This document shows positions 52,677-64,000 of a DNA stretch of 64,000 bases, piece after piece. The DNA is taken from NCBI GenBank assembly GCA_013265495.1, contig MU058198.1, forward strand, positions 7,517,779-7,581,778. Direction: 5' to 3'. Origin of the DNA: Vicugna vicugna. Lineage: Eukaryota. Both the position numbers and the translations under genes were made by a program. The first letter of the stretch is position 1. The number at the start of each line of letters is the position of its first letter. Below the pieces are notes generated by a model. It did not search any database. It was not told where the DNA came from and was given only the letters and a program-made list of their open reading frames with translations.

Positions 52677-53106
52677 TGTGAAGGAAAAGCCCAGCTGGGC
52701 TAACAAGCTAACTCACAAATCTAAGTGTAACAAGTGTCGGATTACTGATCTGAGTTCTGCTGGGCTAACTTGTAAATCTGAGTTAATTATTGTTGGTTTG
52801 CTGATTCCCTGTTCATGTTTTTTTTGCTAGCCAGCTGGATTTTCAAAGAGACATATCTGGCCTTGAAATGTTGGTTTCCTGCCTCCCTGCCTCTACTTTT
52901 GTGATAATGATGTTGCTAAAGTTGTTCCATGCCTATTGGCCACATACCCCAAGCTTGTAGTCAACCCTATAAAACCTCATGCACACGTCTTGGAGGTGTT
53001 CAGAGCTTCGGAGCAGAAGCCCCTCTGAGCCCGCCGGCGTAATAAATCAGTACTCCAACCCTCCGAGTGGTGCTTGTTTCTTGGCTGGCCTGTCATTTCT
53101 GTAACA
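52677..53106 (+). mobile_element. Solo LTR, copy A
   Basis: TG...CA termini, 4-bp TSD TAGA, tataaaa at about 52968, aataaa at 53041. Confidence 0.9.
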
Positions 53107-54807
53107 TAGAAACTTGTCTAAAATCACATCCACTATGTCCACCTAGTTTTACTTTGGATTTCTGAACTACAGTTACTCCTTTCTGACTTTCAAGTGCATT
53201 GTCCTCCTCAAAGGCCAAAGCAGATGTTCAATGCATGTTCGAAGGGCCACAAAACAGGCTACTTTGGTCAGTAAAGTTGAAGTTAAATCATGCATAAGCC
53301 AGAATGACTTCCCCATACTAGTGTGTGCAGATTTTTCTCCTTTTGATTGCAAATATTTCAATAGAAAGCACGGATGATCAAAATATCCGTCCCTTGATGC
53401 GGGGGTGTTTTAACTACTTGCTTCAGGTTCAGATCACATCCCTCGGTGCTAGTCCTCCTTTATATTTGCCTAGGTATCCATGCTTGGGGAAACTAATCAG
53501 ATCTCATGAACAGGCTCAGAAGTATATTAATGGGGATCATTTTATCGATTATACCCAATTGTCACAAACATTGCCATGTGCTTTTAGCATCAAACCTAAA
53601 GCAAGCAATAATATGCTATGAGGAGTTACACTCTGTGATAACTCCACTAGATAATTTTCTTTTCATCCTGAACATCAGGGGAAAAGTGTGGCTAACACAA
53701 TAACTTTCATAAATACAGTCTTCAATTAACCAAACTAGAATTTAATATATACTGTAACATAATATTTCTCTCTAAAATTCACCTTATCTCCACCAAACAC
53801 AGCCAAGTCAAGACTAATTTCTTTGTAAGCCTGATTTATTGATCTTAGAGACTTTTTAAAATTGGCTGTGTTGGAATTCCTCAGAAGGAGTCTCAGACTG
53901 AATTCCCAAAAGGCCAGGGAAAAAAAAAGTACAGGTTATCACAAACCTGTACTTGTCAAAAAGTCCTTTCTATTAATCTTCCTGAAGAGAAACCATTTTT
54001 CAAAGGCAACAGAGTAAAACCATAACTGCCTATGGATGACAAAAGATTTAAGAAGGTAGTTAAAAACCTGATTACAAAATAATTGATAAGAAACTGTGTT
54101 ACTGTTTCGACATATAACATTTTAAGATAATAACTAGAATTATGACTGATAGCGTTTTACCAGGATATACCAGATTTTTAGGAGTTCCATAGAGTTTCCA
54201 TAACATTTTCCCATGAAACATAACCTAAGATTACTCACTGCACAATAATTCCCACGTAATTTAACATAGCAAAAGATACTAACTAGTTTGAAATTTCTCT
54301 TTGGGATGTTTCAGGGGCCTTCTGAAGCATCCCAAAGTTAGCTGGAAGTCAGAAGAACTTCAATTAAAATTAGATACTTGGGAGGTTTCAAAACACTTGC
54401 TCAGATAAGATCATAGGTCACTATGAAACAATACTTATTCATTAAGCCAAAATAATACTAAAATAATTCAAAGGCAAATACAGAACAGGTCACTCAAAAG
54501 GTAAAGAAACTTTACAATCTGTTACTGAAAGCACGTTAACATTTTAAGAAAAGTTTGTCCTTTAAACAGAGAATCAAATTCCAGCTTTGTGTTAGCTTAC
54601 TTTTAACAACCAAATCCATTTACTTATTTAAATCAATCTAAATTTAACCAATCCTGATCGTGCACAAAGCTCTTTCCCCAGGGTTCCTCTTCCACCAAAA
54701 CTTCCATCACTTTATGTATCCATATCAGTTTGTCCCTTATTTCTTTTCCATCCAGAAACTATCAACTATAGGATAAACCTATTTTCTCCCGTAACAAAAT
54801 GCAATTC

Positions 54808-55309
54808 TGTTACGGAAACGACAGGCTAGCCAAGAAACAAGCACCACTCGACAGGCTAGCCAAGAAACAAGCACCACTCGGAGGGTTGGAGTACTCAGAT
54901 GTATTACGCTGATGGGCTCAGAGGGGCTTCTGCTCTGAAGCTCTGAGCACCTCCAAGACGTGTGCATGAGGTTTCATAGGTCAAGTACAAGCTTGGGGTA
55001 TTTGGCCAATAGGCATGGAACAGCTTTAGCAGCATCATTATCACAAAAGTGGAGGCAGGGAGGCAGCAAACCAACATTCCAAAGCCAGATATATATCTTT
55101 GAAAATCCAGCTGGCTAGCAAAAAAAAATGAACAGCAAACCAACACTAATTAACTTAGATTTACAAATTAGTCCAGCAGAACTCAGATCAAGAACTCAGA
55201 TTTCCGATACTTAGATTTGTGAGTTATCTTGTTAGCCCAGCCCAGTCTCTCCTTCACATTCCTAGACTTGTGAGTTATCTTGTTAGACCAGCCCGGCTTT
55301 TCCTTCACA
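54808..55309 (-). mobile_element. Solo LTR, copy B (same family as copy A, inverted)
   Basis: Reverse-complement match to 52677-53106; 4-bp TSD ATTC; exact 30-bp tandem duplication 54821-54880. Confidence 0.9.
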
Positions 55310-57265
55310 ATTCCATTCCTCGTTTTCTTTTACTGAAGCACACATCCTACTTTCCTGGCATCCCAAAATGTTACCCTTATTATTTTAGTAGCTTTAATTA
55401 CCTATATTGTAATTTTTAACCCTTAAAAGCCTTAATTTCTAGTGAAAACTTTGAGAAGTAAGCAATTATGAACTGTTTTTTATGTTAGCATTCTGTAGAC
55501 TGGCAAACATAAATACCAATAATAATTTCTAAAAACCATGTGCTTTTTTATAGAAAATATTTCATTTTGGCACTAAATATATTCATCAATAGTCCTAAAT
55601 ACCTTTAGTTTTTCTGCAAAGGGAAGCCAATTAATGTTTCAGTAATTAATATTTCAATATCTTATTTTATCTGGAAATGACCTAGCCATTTAATAAACCT
55701 CCAACATCTAACTTAACTTAGCACAATTTTAAAATTTCAAATTACCAAATACCTGGAGAGATCATTTTTGAGTGGACATTCCTGAGATAATTATTCTTAA
55801 ATAGTTGACCCCAAAGCTCTTTATCTCATTTCTATTTAATTTCTTAAAAGAATTTCATTATACCAAGTTAATTTTCTTACTGAAAAATTTGCAACAGATA
55901 ACAAGGTCTTTTTGACCTCTAGTACACATAGGTACAACAAAAGTATTACTCAACATTCGTGACTCTAAAGACATGCTTATATTAATCAAACCAACAAGTT
56001 TAATCTAGCTTGAATACCAGACATCAATTCAGTACTGAATATTTCACAGATCACGTGAATCTGAAATTTACTATGGCCAATTTCCTTTTATATTCCTGAA
56101 TATTTATATAAGCACTTAATCTCCTTTAAGCCAATTAAATAGAGCTCTTTTACAAATTAATTTTGGCAGTACCATACAACTACAACACACATGTAGATAC
56201 GTACAAACAGGCAGATACCTCATAATTCCCATTTCAAAATTTCACCATGAATCAGGTACAACAATATAAAATCCATCAGTTACAGAAGTTGTTGGATTCA
56301 AATTGGGTTTCTAGCAAATGGAACAAGTCAAGGTCACCTATCTAGATGGTTGAACATTTTTACTAACTTCTATGGAAGATATTTAAGATTTCCATCTGTC
56401 CTTGACAAGTCACTACCCTTTCTCAAATTTGCATTTTAAAAAAATGGCTGATATAATGGTTCTTGGAGAAGACCAGGTAGAACATTTGCATTTCAAAGTC
56501 ATAGAAAGGTAAATTACCTAGGATGACTTCATTCCCTTAAGGCTTTTTTGTTTTTTATTTTTCCCTCAAAGCTTGCAAGTCTCTTAAGATAACTAGGGGA
56601 GGTTTTGGAAGTGGTAAAAGATTGGTGAGTTGTGGATTATTTCTGGAGCCACACCTCTGGTCCTGCAAAAAGTATGTTTACAAAACAAGGAGTTTATTTC
56701 CCTCAAGATTTGGGTGGTCACCTCAATGATATCAAAGGACTGACACACCCATTTACCTATGTTGGAAGTTCTCTTTGCCCTCATTTAGCTCAGGGGAGAA
56801 ATTCCTGTCAGTCTCTGAATATTAGCTATGATCTATCAATTTAGTCAGACCAGTGGCCCCCCTGTTTGGTCATTTACAAACACTTTTGAGGATCCTCTCT
56901 GGGTTTAAGACATTCTCTGACTATGACCCTCAATTCAGGCCTTTGATCTGACTTGCCTACAACCTTACATGGTCCCATTTAATAGTGCCTTCTAAGGAGG
57001 AAGGCATTTCAGAAGATTACTAGGATGAGTACTCAACTAAAGCATAGAGGGGAGCAGTAGTTAAAATTTTAAGTACCTTTTATATTATTTCATTAGCCTT
57101 CTACAATAATATAGTAGTTACTTGAGCAATGATTATCAAATGAAATGCATCATATTGACTGCAAATGTACGTACTAGAGGTCAAATGTATACAAAACAGT
57201 TATGAAAAACATCTGATACTTTTCACATGCAGCTATAGATTTTATGTTCATGAAATACATAGTAT

Positions 57266-57417
57266 GGGGGGCAGGGTATAGCTCAGTTGGAGAGTGCCTG
57301 CTTAGCATGCATGACATCCTGGGTTCAATCCCCGGTACCTCCATTAAAAATAAATAAACCTAATTACCTCCCCCTCAATAAGTAAATAAATAAATTTTAA
57401 AAATTAAAAAAAAAAAG
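57266..57417 (+). mobile_element. tRNA-derived SINE (Vic-1-like)
   Basis: gggtatagctcagttggagag...gggttcaatccccggtacctcc. Confidence 0.88.
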
Positions 57418-59314
57418 AAGTAGTATAGAAAACTAAAAAGCAAATCTACAACAAATCTTTCAAATGAAGCTATTTTGGAATGAGGCCTTTGGGAGCTTCC
57501 ACATATTAAAATGGATGCAATAGTTTAAGACAAGAGCTCTCAAAAAAAAAAAGTTTAAGACAAGAGGTCTCTAAAATTTTAAACAATTTAGGGAGGATCC
57601 CCACCACCTGCTGTTTCAATCATAGGTATATGAGTCTGGGAACCAAGGAGTAGAAGCAAGCGTGGCCCCACTTACCATCACTTCCAGTGACCTCCTTGGA
57701 GAATTCATGCTTGCAGCCTCCCAACTTTAGGCCCTGTGGGTCTAGAGATCCTAATTCCCAGAGTGAGGAGGGACATTTCTACAAGGGGATACAGCAAGAG
57801 TCCCATTGGATTTTAAGCTACACCTACCACTTGATCACTTTGGTCTCCTCCTGCCAATAGACCACCAGACAAAGAAAAGATGTGCCATGCTGGTGGGGGT
57901 AATAGACCGTCGCCACCAGAAGCAGGACTACTATGTAATGGGCGGCAGGAATATGTTTAGCCTTCAGGTGACCCACTGGGACATCTCCAGACACCCATGC
58001 TGAGTTTTATTTGTACATAGGCAAGTACTATGGTCCGATAGGGCCTCTTAACTGGTGCTCAAACCCTTCAGAGATGAGGGCAAGAGGCAACTCACCAGAC
58101 AGACCATTGAGGCCAGCAGAAATACTAGCTGAAACCAGGAGCAGAAGGGAAGGGGGAGGGCTAGAAGGAGTGGATGGGAGAAGAAAGAGGTGATAAGTGT
58201 CAGTTAAGTCTCTAGAACTAATTCTCCTCTTCTGAGAGTTTATCCAGAAATTCCGATCAGATCAATCAGAATCCTGGGGAAAAAAAAAAAAAGAAAGAAT
58301 CCTGGGGAAGCTGTACCTGGATGGAGTAAACTTAGTAGGAGAAGCAAGTAGATCTGAAGGGTACAAAGGTGAACTGTAGTGCACCCTCTCAGTGCCCCAC
58401 TCAGATCCCTTTACCAACAGTACACTCATCCCCCACCTGTCCCCACCTCTGAAGAACTGCCCAGCAGGCCTCCTCTTGGCTGAACTTGGCCAGTGACAGG
58501 CCAGATGTATAAAAGACAGACAGATCCCTTGCGTCCAGGTAGAACTAACTTGGTAGTACAATTTGGGCTCCAGAGCTTTCTCTAGGGCGAAGCTCATAAC
58601 CAGCTAAGACCACCTGCTCAGCTTTTCCTCACTGCCCTGTCCTGATGACCCCACTCTCCTTCTGAGAACATTTATTTCCCCAGTCACTTGGTCAGGAATC
58701 CCTATCCTGGACTACATCAAACTGGAAAACCAGTTTGCCACTCTGGTGAGAGGACTTGAAGTGTACATATTTACTAGCAACACTGAGTATATGTGAGGAT
58801 TCCTGTGAAACCAACCCTAGACTCTACGGACAACCCACTCACTCCCTTTCTCTCGCTCAAAAGAGAGAGAATCCATAGATCAAGAGAGTGGGAAAGGGAG
58901 CAGCTAGGCACAACCTCCTGCAAAGTAAATACTATAAGAATATCTTGCAGATGAGAAAACTGAGGCTCAAAGAGGTGAGGTCACACAATGCCCCACAGCT
59001 AGAGGTAAAGCCAGGTCTCCAAACCGAGTCCATGTGATTCTAAACTTCAGTGGAAAAAACAGTCCCCTGGGATACTCTTAGAAATTACACATTCCTGGTC
59101 CCCACGCAGACATTCAGTAGGTCCCAAGGAGCCCAAACATTTGCATTTTTAGTATGGCCTTCCCTACCCTCTCTCCCAGGGAACGCTGGCCCTTCTTTGA
59201 GGGACACTGAATAATACACACAGCTCTGTCTTCCACACCCAACCAAGCCTGGTGAGAGAGAAACAAAAGTGGGGGAACTGCTGTAGATTAGCGATTTTGG
59301 AGGCATAACAACAG

Positions 59315-59840
59315 GATTAGTTATCATTGCTGTGTAATAAGTTACTCGAAGACCTAGCAGTTTAAAAATAACATGTAGTATATCAGTTTCTGTGGGTCAG
59401 GGGTCTGGGCTGAAAAGCTCTCACTGGCTGCAGTCAAGGTCAGGGCTGCAGTCGTCTCAAGGGGTAGGAGAATCTACACTCAAGTTGACTCACGTGGCAT
59501 TGGCAGGATTCAGTTCCTCAAGGATTCTTGGTCTGAGGACCTCTGTCCTTCCCTTCCCTGGATGTTAGCTGGAGGCTACCCTCAGGTCCTTGCCTTGTGG
59601 TCCTTTCCACTGGGCAGTTCACAACGTGGCATCTCGCTTCATCAGAGGAGCCGAGAAGATCCAGAGAGAGACAAAGAAGATGGAGGTGACAGCCTTTTAT
59701 AGCCTTGTCCTGGAAGTGAAATCCCATCACTTACCGATTCATTATAAAGCAAATCACTAGTTCCGGCTTACACCAAGAGAGGAGGGGAATACCAGGAGGC
59801 AAGGGTCATTTGGAGCACTTCAGAAGCTGCCTACTTCAAC
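59315..59840 (-). mobile_element. MaLR LTR (MLT1-like)
   Basis: ttgctgtgtaataagttactc, cagtttctgtgggtcagg, ggcaggattcagttcctc, gaagctgcctac. Confidence 0.65.
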
Positions 59841-60251
59841 AACCAAATGCAACGTGTAGACCTGGTTTGGGTTCTGATTTCAATAAACCTACTATAGAGA
59901 CATTTATGAGATAATCCAGGAAATTTGAACATGGACTATGTATTGGATGATACTAAGGCATTACCATCATTTATTTAGATGCGACAAATATCCTGTGGTT
60001 ATGTTAAAAAAAAAGATTCCTTCGATCTTGGGTAAATCGTAAAGAATTTTACAAATAAATTGCTATGATGTCTGGGATTTGCTTTAAAATAATATAATGG
60101 GGGAGGGGAAGATGGGAAGAACGGAGATATAGGTGAAACTGGGTTTGTCACATGTTGATAAATGTTGACATGGGTTATGTTTACAAGAATATGAGGGTTC
60201 ATTATACTGTTCTACTTTTGCACGCATTTTCCATCATAGTTAAAAAAGTGA

Positions 60252-60400
60252 GGGGGGAGGGTATAATTCAGTGGTAGAATGTGCTTAGCGTGCATGAGGT
60301 CCTGTGTTCAATCCCTAGTACCTCCATTAAAAAAAAAAAACAAAAAAACTGAAGTTAAGTAAATAAATAAATAAACCTAGTTACCTACCCTCCCCAAAAA
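60252..60400 (+). mobile_element. tRNA-derived SINE (Vic-1-like)
   Basis: ggggagggtataattcagtggtag...gttcaatccctagtacctcc. Confidence 0.85.
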
Positions 60401-61699
60401 AGCTTAAAGAAGTAAGTAAGTTTTTTAAAAAGTGAATGAAGCTAAAAAAATCACACACTGAAATCTGAAAGAATATACAAATTTTAAAGCTGTTGTTTAT
60501 TGACTGTATTTTAATTCTTAGAGAAGAAAATAACAAGAGAAAAAAACATTTCAGGTGGGGAAAGATAACCATAAATATGAAAAGGAAAGAAAAGGAATAG
60601 AGGAAGGATAGAATCAAGCTTGGGAGGCAGTCAGCTATGGGAGGCAGCTGACCCCTGACCCTTGCTTAACCAAGCAAGTGGAACTCAGGTCATTCTTGTG
60701 GAAGAGAGAGCTTTGGGCAGCAGAACTCTAAGCCCTCAGGGGTTCCTAATAGCTATGTAGGACTGGCTGGAGTTAAGGGGCTGCCCTGGGCCTAGAGGGG
60801 AAGTGGGGTCCATTTCACAAAGGGAATGAAGGCAGGAGGCCTAGTAGCAGCTGGTGGAAATTTTACATGAGGATTCAGAGGTCTCTAGAGTTTTGGAAGG
60901 ATGCAGTGATGTGTAGGAGGCCACTGTCTTACAGAGCCTACACTATAGGGAGACTAAGTCCCAAACCCTCATCTCTAAGTAGGCAAAGGCCTAAGGCTCC
61001 CTCGTCGTCGTTCTGGGCTAGGTCAGGAATTTTGCATCATAGCTGCCTAGCAAGGGGCTTGGCATACAAGAGGTGCTTAATACCCATTTATTCAATCTAG
61101 TGGTAGTGGTCCTCAACCAACCAGATATGTATATCAGAATTTTCCAGAAATCTTTTAACATTATTTGACTCTTTATAATTGTGTGCAATTCTTTCCAAAG
61201 GTAATGCAGTCATTTGTCTGGTTCAATATTCAAAAGGGCCAAAAAGGCATCTGTTCAGTGAAAGGGTTTCCTCCCACTTCTGTTCTCCAGGCTCTCAGTT
61301 CCCCTCCCTGGAGGCAACCATGGCTACTTGCTTCTTCTGAATACTTTCATGGATGTTTTTCATATATGGGATGAAATACGTATGTTTGTTTGTTGACTTT
61401 TTAAAACAAACAGTAGCAAACCACACACACTATTCTACATCTTGCTTTTTTTAAAACAATTTTGCTCAAAATCATTTCATACTAGTTGTTGTTTTAAAAA
61501 CCACAATTATATCTAGATAGTCTATTTTTACAAGAAAGTGAAAAGTGACTGGAATATAAATTTTAAAAATTTCCAGGTAATATTCTGACTTCATTGCATA
61601 ATTCAAACTCACATCTTCCATATCCATTCGAAACTTGAAAACTTGTTGCAATCACAGTATTTCCCCCTCCCCCCATTCTTACAGTAGAGTGGTTTGCTG

Positions 61700-62685
61700 T
61701 GGTAAACATACATAATGTAAAATTCACCATTTTAATCATTTTTAAGTGTATAGTTCAGTGGCATTAAGTATAATCATACTGTTGGGCAATCATCACCAAT
61801 ATCTGTCTCCAGAACTTTTTAATCTTCCCAAATTGAAACTCTGTACCCAGTAAACACTAACTCCCTATTCCCCCTCCCCTGGGCCCTGGTAAACATAATT
61901 CCACTTTCTGTCTCTGTGAACTTCACTATTCAAGGGACCTCATATCAGTGGAATCATCCAGTATTTGTCCTTTGTGTCTGACTAGTTTCACTTAGCATAC
62001 TGTTTTTAGGGTTCATCCATGTTGTAGCATGTATGAGAATTTCATTCCTTTTCCAGGTTGAATGATATCCCATTGTACAAATGTATGGGATACAAAGCCC
62101 TTGGTGCAGGAATGCACTTAGAGCATTGATCTGGCTCTCAGACGGAAGGGGACATCTCCATACAGTGTATCGCATTCATCATGGGATAATGATGAATTAT
62201 TTTATTGATCCATTCATCATCAATGGACACAGTTTGCTTCTAGCTTTTGGCTATTGTGAATATGCTGCTATGAACAGGGGTGTACAAATATCTGTTCAAG
62301 TTTCTCCTTTCAATTCTTTTGGGTATATACCCAGAATAGAATTGCTAAACCATATAATAATTCTGTTTGATTAAATAATTAATCACACATTAAATTAACA
62401 TTAAATTTTTTTGAGGGCCCACCACACTGTGGTCCACTGCAGCTGCACTATTTTACATTTCCATCAGAAACACACAGGATTCTAATTTCTCCACATCCTC
62501 ATCAATGCTTCTTATTTTCTGTTGTTTGTTTCTTTTTAAATAATAACCATCCTAAGGGGTGTGAAGTGATATTTCATTGTGGTTTTGATTTGCATTTCCT
62601 AATGCCTAATGATGTTTAACATCTTGTCATGTGCTTATTGCCCATTTGTAGATCTTCTTTGGAGAAATGTCTAGTCAAGTCTGCA
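61700..62685 (-). mobile_element. Old L1 3' fragment (antisense)
   Basis: ttttaagtgtatagttcagtggcattaagta, gttcatccatgttgtagcatg, gttttgatttgcatttcc, ctttggagaaatgtcta. Confidence 0.85.
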
Positions 62686-62711
62686 ACTACATTCTTTAAA
62701 ATATACATTTT

Positions 62712-62850
62712 GGGGGATGGGTACAGCTCAGTGGTAGAGTGCAAGTTTGCATGCATGAGGTCATGGGTTCAATCCTCAGTATCTCCATTAACATAAATAA
62801 ATAAACCTAATTCCTTTTCCCCCCCAGGTTTTTAAAAAAAATTTAAAAAT
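62712..62850 (+). mobile_element. tRNA-derived SINE (Vic-1-like)
   Basis: gtacagctcagtggtagag...gggttcaatcctcagtatctcc. Confidence 0.85.
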
Positions 62851-63178
62851 ACATACATTTAAGACTAATGACATTATCATTTTTGTTAAAATGATACCTA
62901 TTCATTATAAAAATTCAAGCAAACCAGAAAGCAACAAAGAAAAAACCGATAAACCACCCTATTTCACCCCCCAAAAGTAGCCATTATTGCATTAACATTT
63001 GGTGAACATCATTCTGACATCTTATGGGTAAATAAAGAAAAACATTTGTAATAACCCATTCATACTATATGTCCTATTTCAAAACAAAAACACTATATTT
63101 AATTTATTTGACTTAAACAGAAGGAAAAGGAATAGAAATGTAACTGAAAGAATGAATTTCAGAGAAATGTTTCTTTAC

Positions 63179-63280
63179 TACAAATGACATTCATTATTTA
63201 AACTTCTAAATTTTTAAAAATTGAAGTGTAGTTGGTTTACAATGTTGTGTTAGATTCTGGTGTACAGTACAAATGACATT
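63179..63280 (-). mobile_element. Very short L1 3' tail with TSD
   Basis: attgaagtgtagttggtttacaatgttgtgttag flanked by tacaaatgacatt at 63179-63191 and 63268-63280. Confidence 0.75.
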
Positions 63281-64000
63281 TTTTCGTATAGTGTTCCTTT
63301 AAGGTTAAGAAAAGAAGATTCTGAAAAACAGGAAGGATAGACTCATTATCTATTAATTACGTTTTAGAAGAAGCTGCTAGCTGACTAGCGGCATTAGCTA
63401 CTCCCAGTTAATTTCTAGTATTTCTCTCACGTTCTTTCGCTACATCATTTTCTGTGGGTTGTATTATTATTTTTATTTTACAATATTTGTAACACTTATA
63501 CTCTATTCTGCAGCCCTGATTTCCTTTATTGTTCAGTCTTAGATTAATAGTTAAATACTTTCAATGGTATCCACCAATCCTTTTCTTTTAACTCATCTTT
63601 TAGTTAGCTAAATTTTATCCTCAAATAGCTTTTTCAAGAAAAAGATCATGCCCTTTCCATTCTACCTAGAGAGGAGTCCTCTGTGTTGTCCCTAGTTCCT
63701 GTAGTAACTTAAGGGGAAATTTACAAAAAATTTTAAAGTTTTAATTGTGGTTAAAAAAAAAATAACCAGCAACAACAAAAAACCAACACACAAAAAAGCC
63801 CTTACAATTTACCATCTTAAAAAGGGAAAGTTTTACAATGTCCAAAGCGCAGGCTGCAGGAACCCACTTAGAGCACTGATCCTGGCTCCCAAACGGAAGG
63901 GTACATCTCTGAAAAGAAACATGAGATTATCTACATGATAAATTCGGAGAGTGTCAGGGAGAAGTTTCCACTGGCAACACGGATGGACAGTAGAAACTCA

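Larger units (their letters stand above)
51674..57618 (-). mobile_element. Degraded ERV1-class provirus: 3' LTR 51674-52238, AT-rich internal region, 5' LTR stub about 57590-57618
   Basis: Polypurine tract (rc caaagaaaagggagat) abuts the LTR start TGAAACAGCAGG; AATAAA in the LTR (~51755); the stub gggaggatcccccaccacctgctgtttca matches gggaggaccccagggtcctgctgtttca. Confidence 0.7.
51367..58730 (+). mobile_element. LTR16-like ERVL remnant split by a younger ERV1
   Basis: Related LTR starts tgtagtg...cagatccc(c)tttac at 51367 and about 58375; internal ERVL-like sequence at about 51560-51670 continues at about 57620 (gggaaccaaggagtagaagc). Confidence 0.6.

Noticed and set aside
54821..54880. CRISPR-like 30-bp direct repeat
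   Set aside because: Two adjacent copies with no spacer, inside an LTR in a mammalian genome
62110..62185. C/D-box snoRNA on the minus strand (ATGATGA ... CTGA)
   Set aside because: The boxes are too close together, there is no convincing terminal stem, and neither box is conserved in the 63843-63909 homologue

Overview
Mammalian (eukaryotic) genomic DNA, most likely a camelid, because the tRNA-derived SINE resembles Vic-1. The window is the BCL7C - CTF1 - CTF2 cluster, syntenic with human 16p11.2. Three spliced genes can be assembled with GT-AG junctions and consistent phases: BCL7C (minus, 6 exons, 217 aa), cardiotrophin-1 CTF1 (plus, 3 exons, 202 aa) and an intact cardiotrophin-2/neuropoietin CTF2 (minus, 3 exons, 203 aa), which is a pseudogene in human. 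Most of the rest is interspersed repeats: L1, ERVL/MaLR, ERV1, about 16 SINE copies and a U6 retrocopy. The most notable observations are (1) the intact CTF2, (2) opposed poly(A) signals implying overlapping CTF1/CTF2 3' ends, (3) an apparent 6.5-kb inversion inside an ERVL with 4-bp duplications at both breakpoints, (4) an apparently unmutated U6 retrocopy with a 15-bp TSD and (5) two inverted solo LTRs nested in an ERV1. I found no CRISPR array and cannot support a wholly new biological system. Gene and repeat family names come from recalled sequences, not database searches, and most repeat boundaries are approximate.
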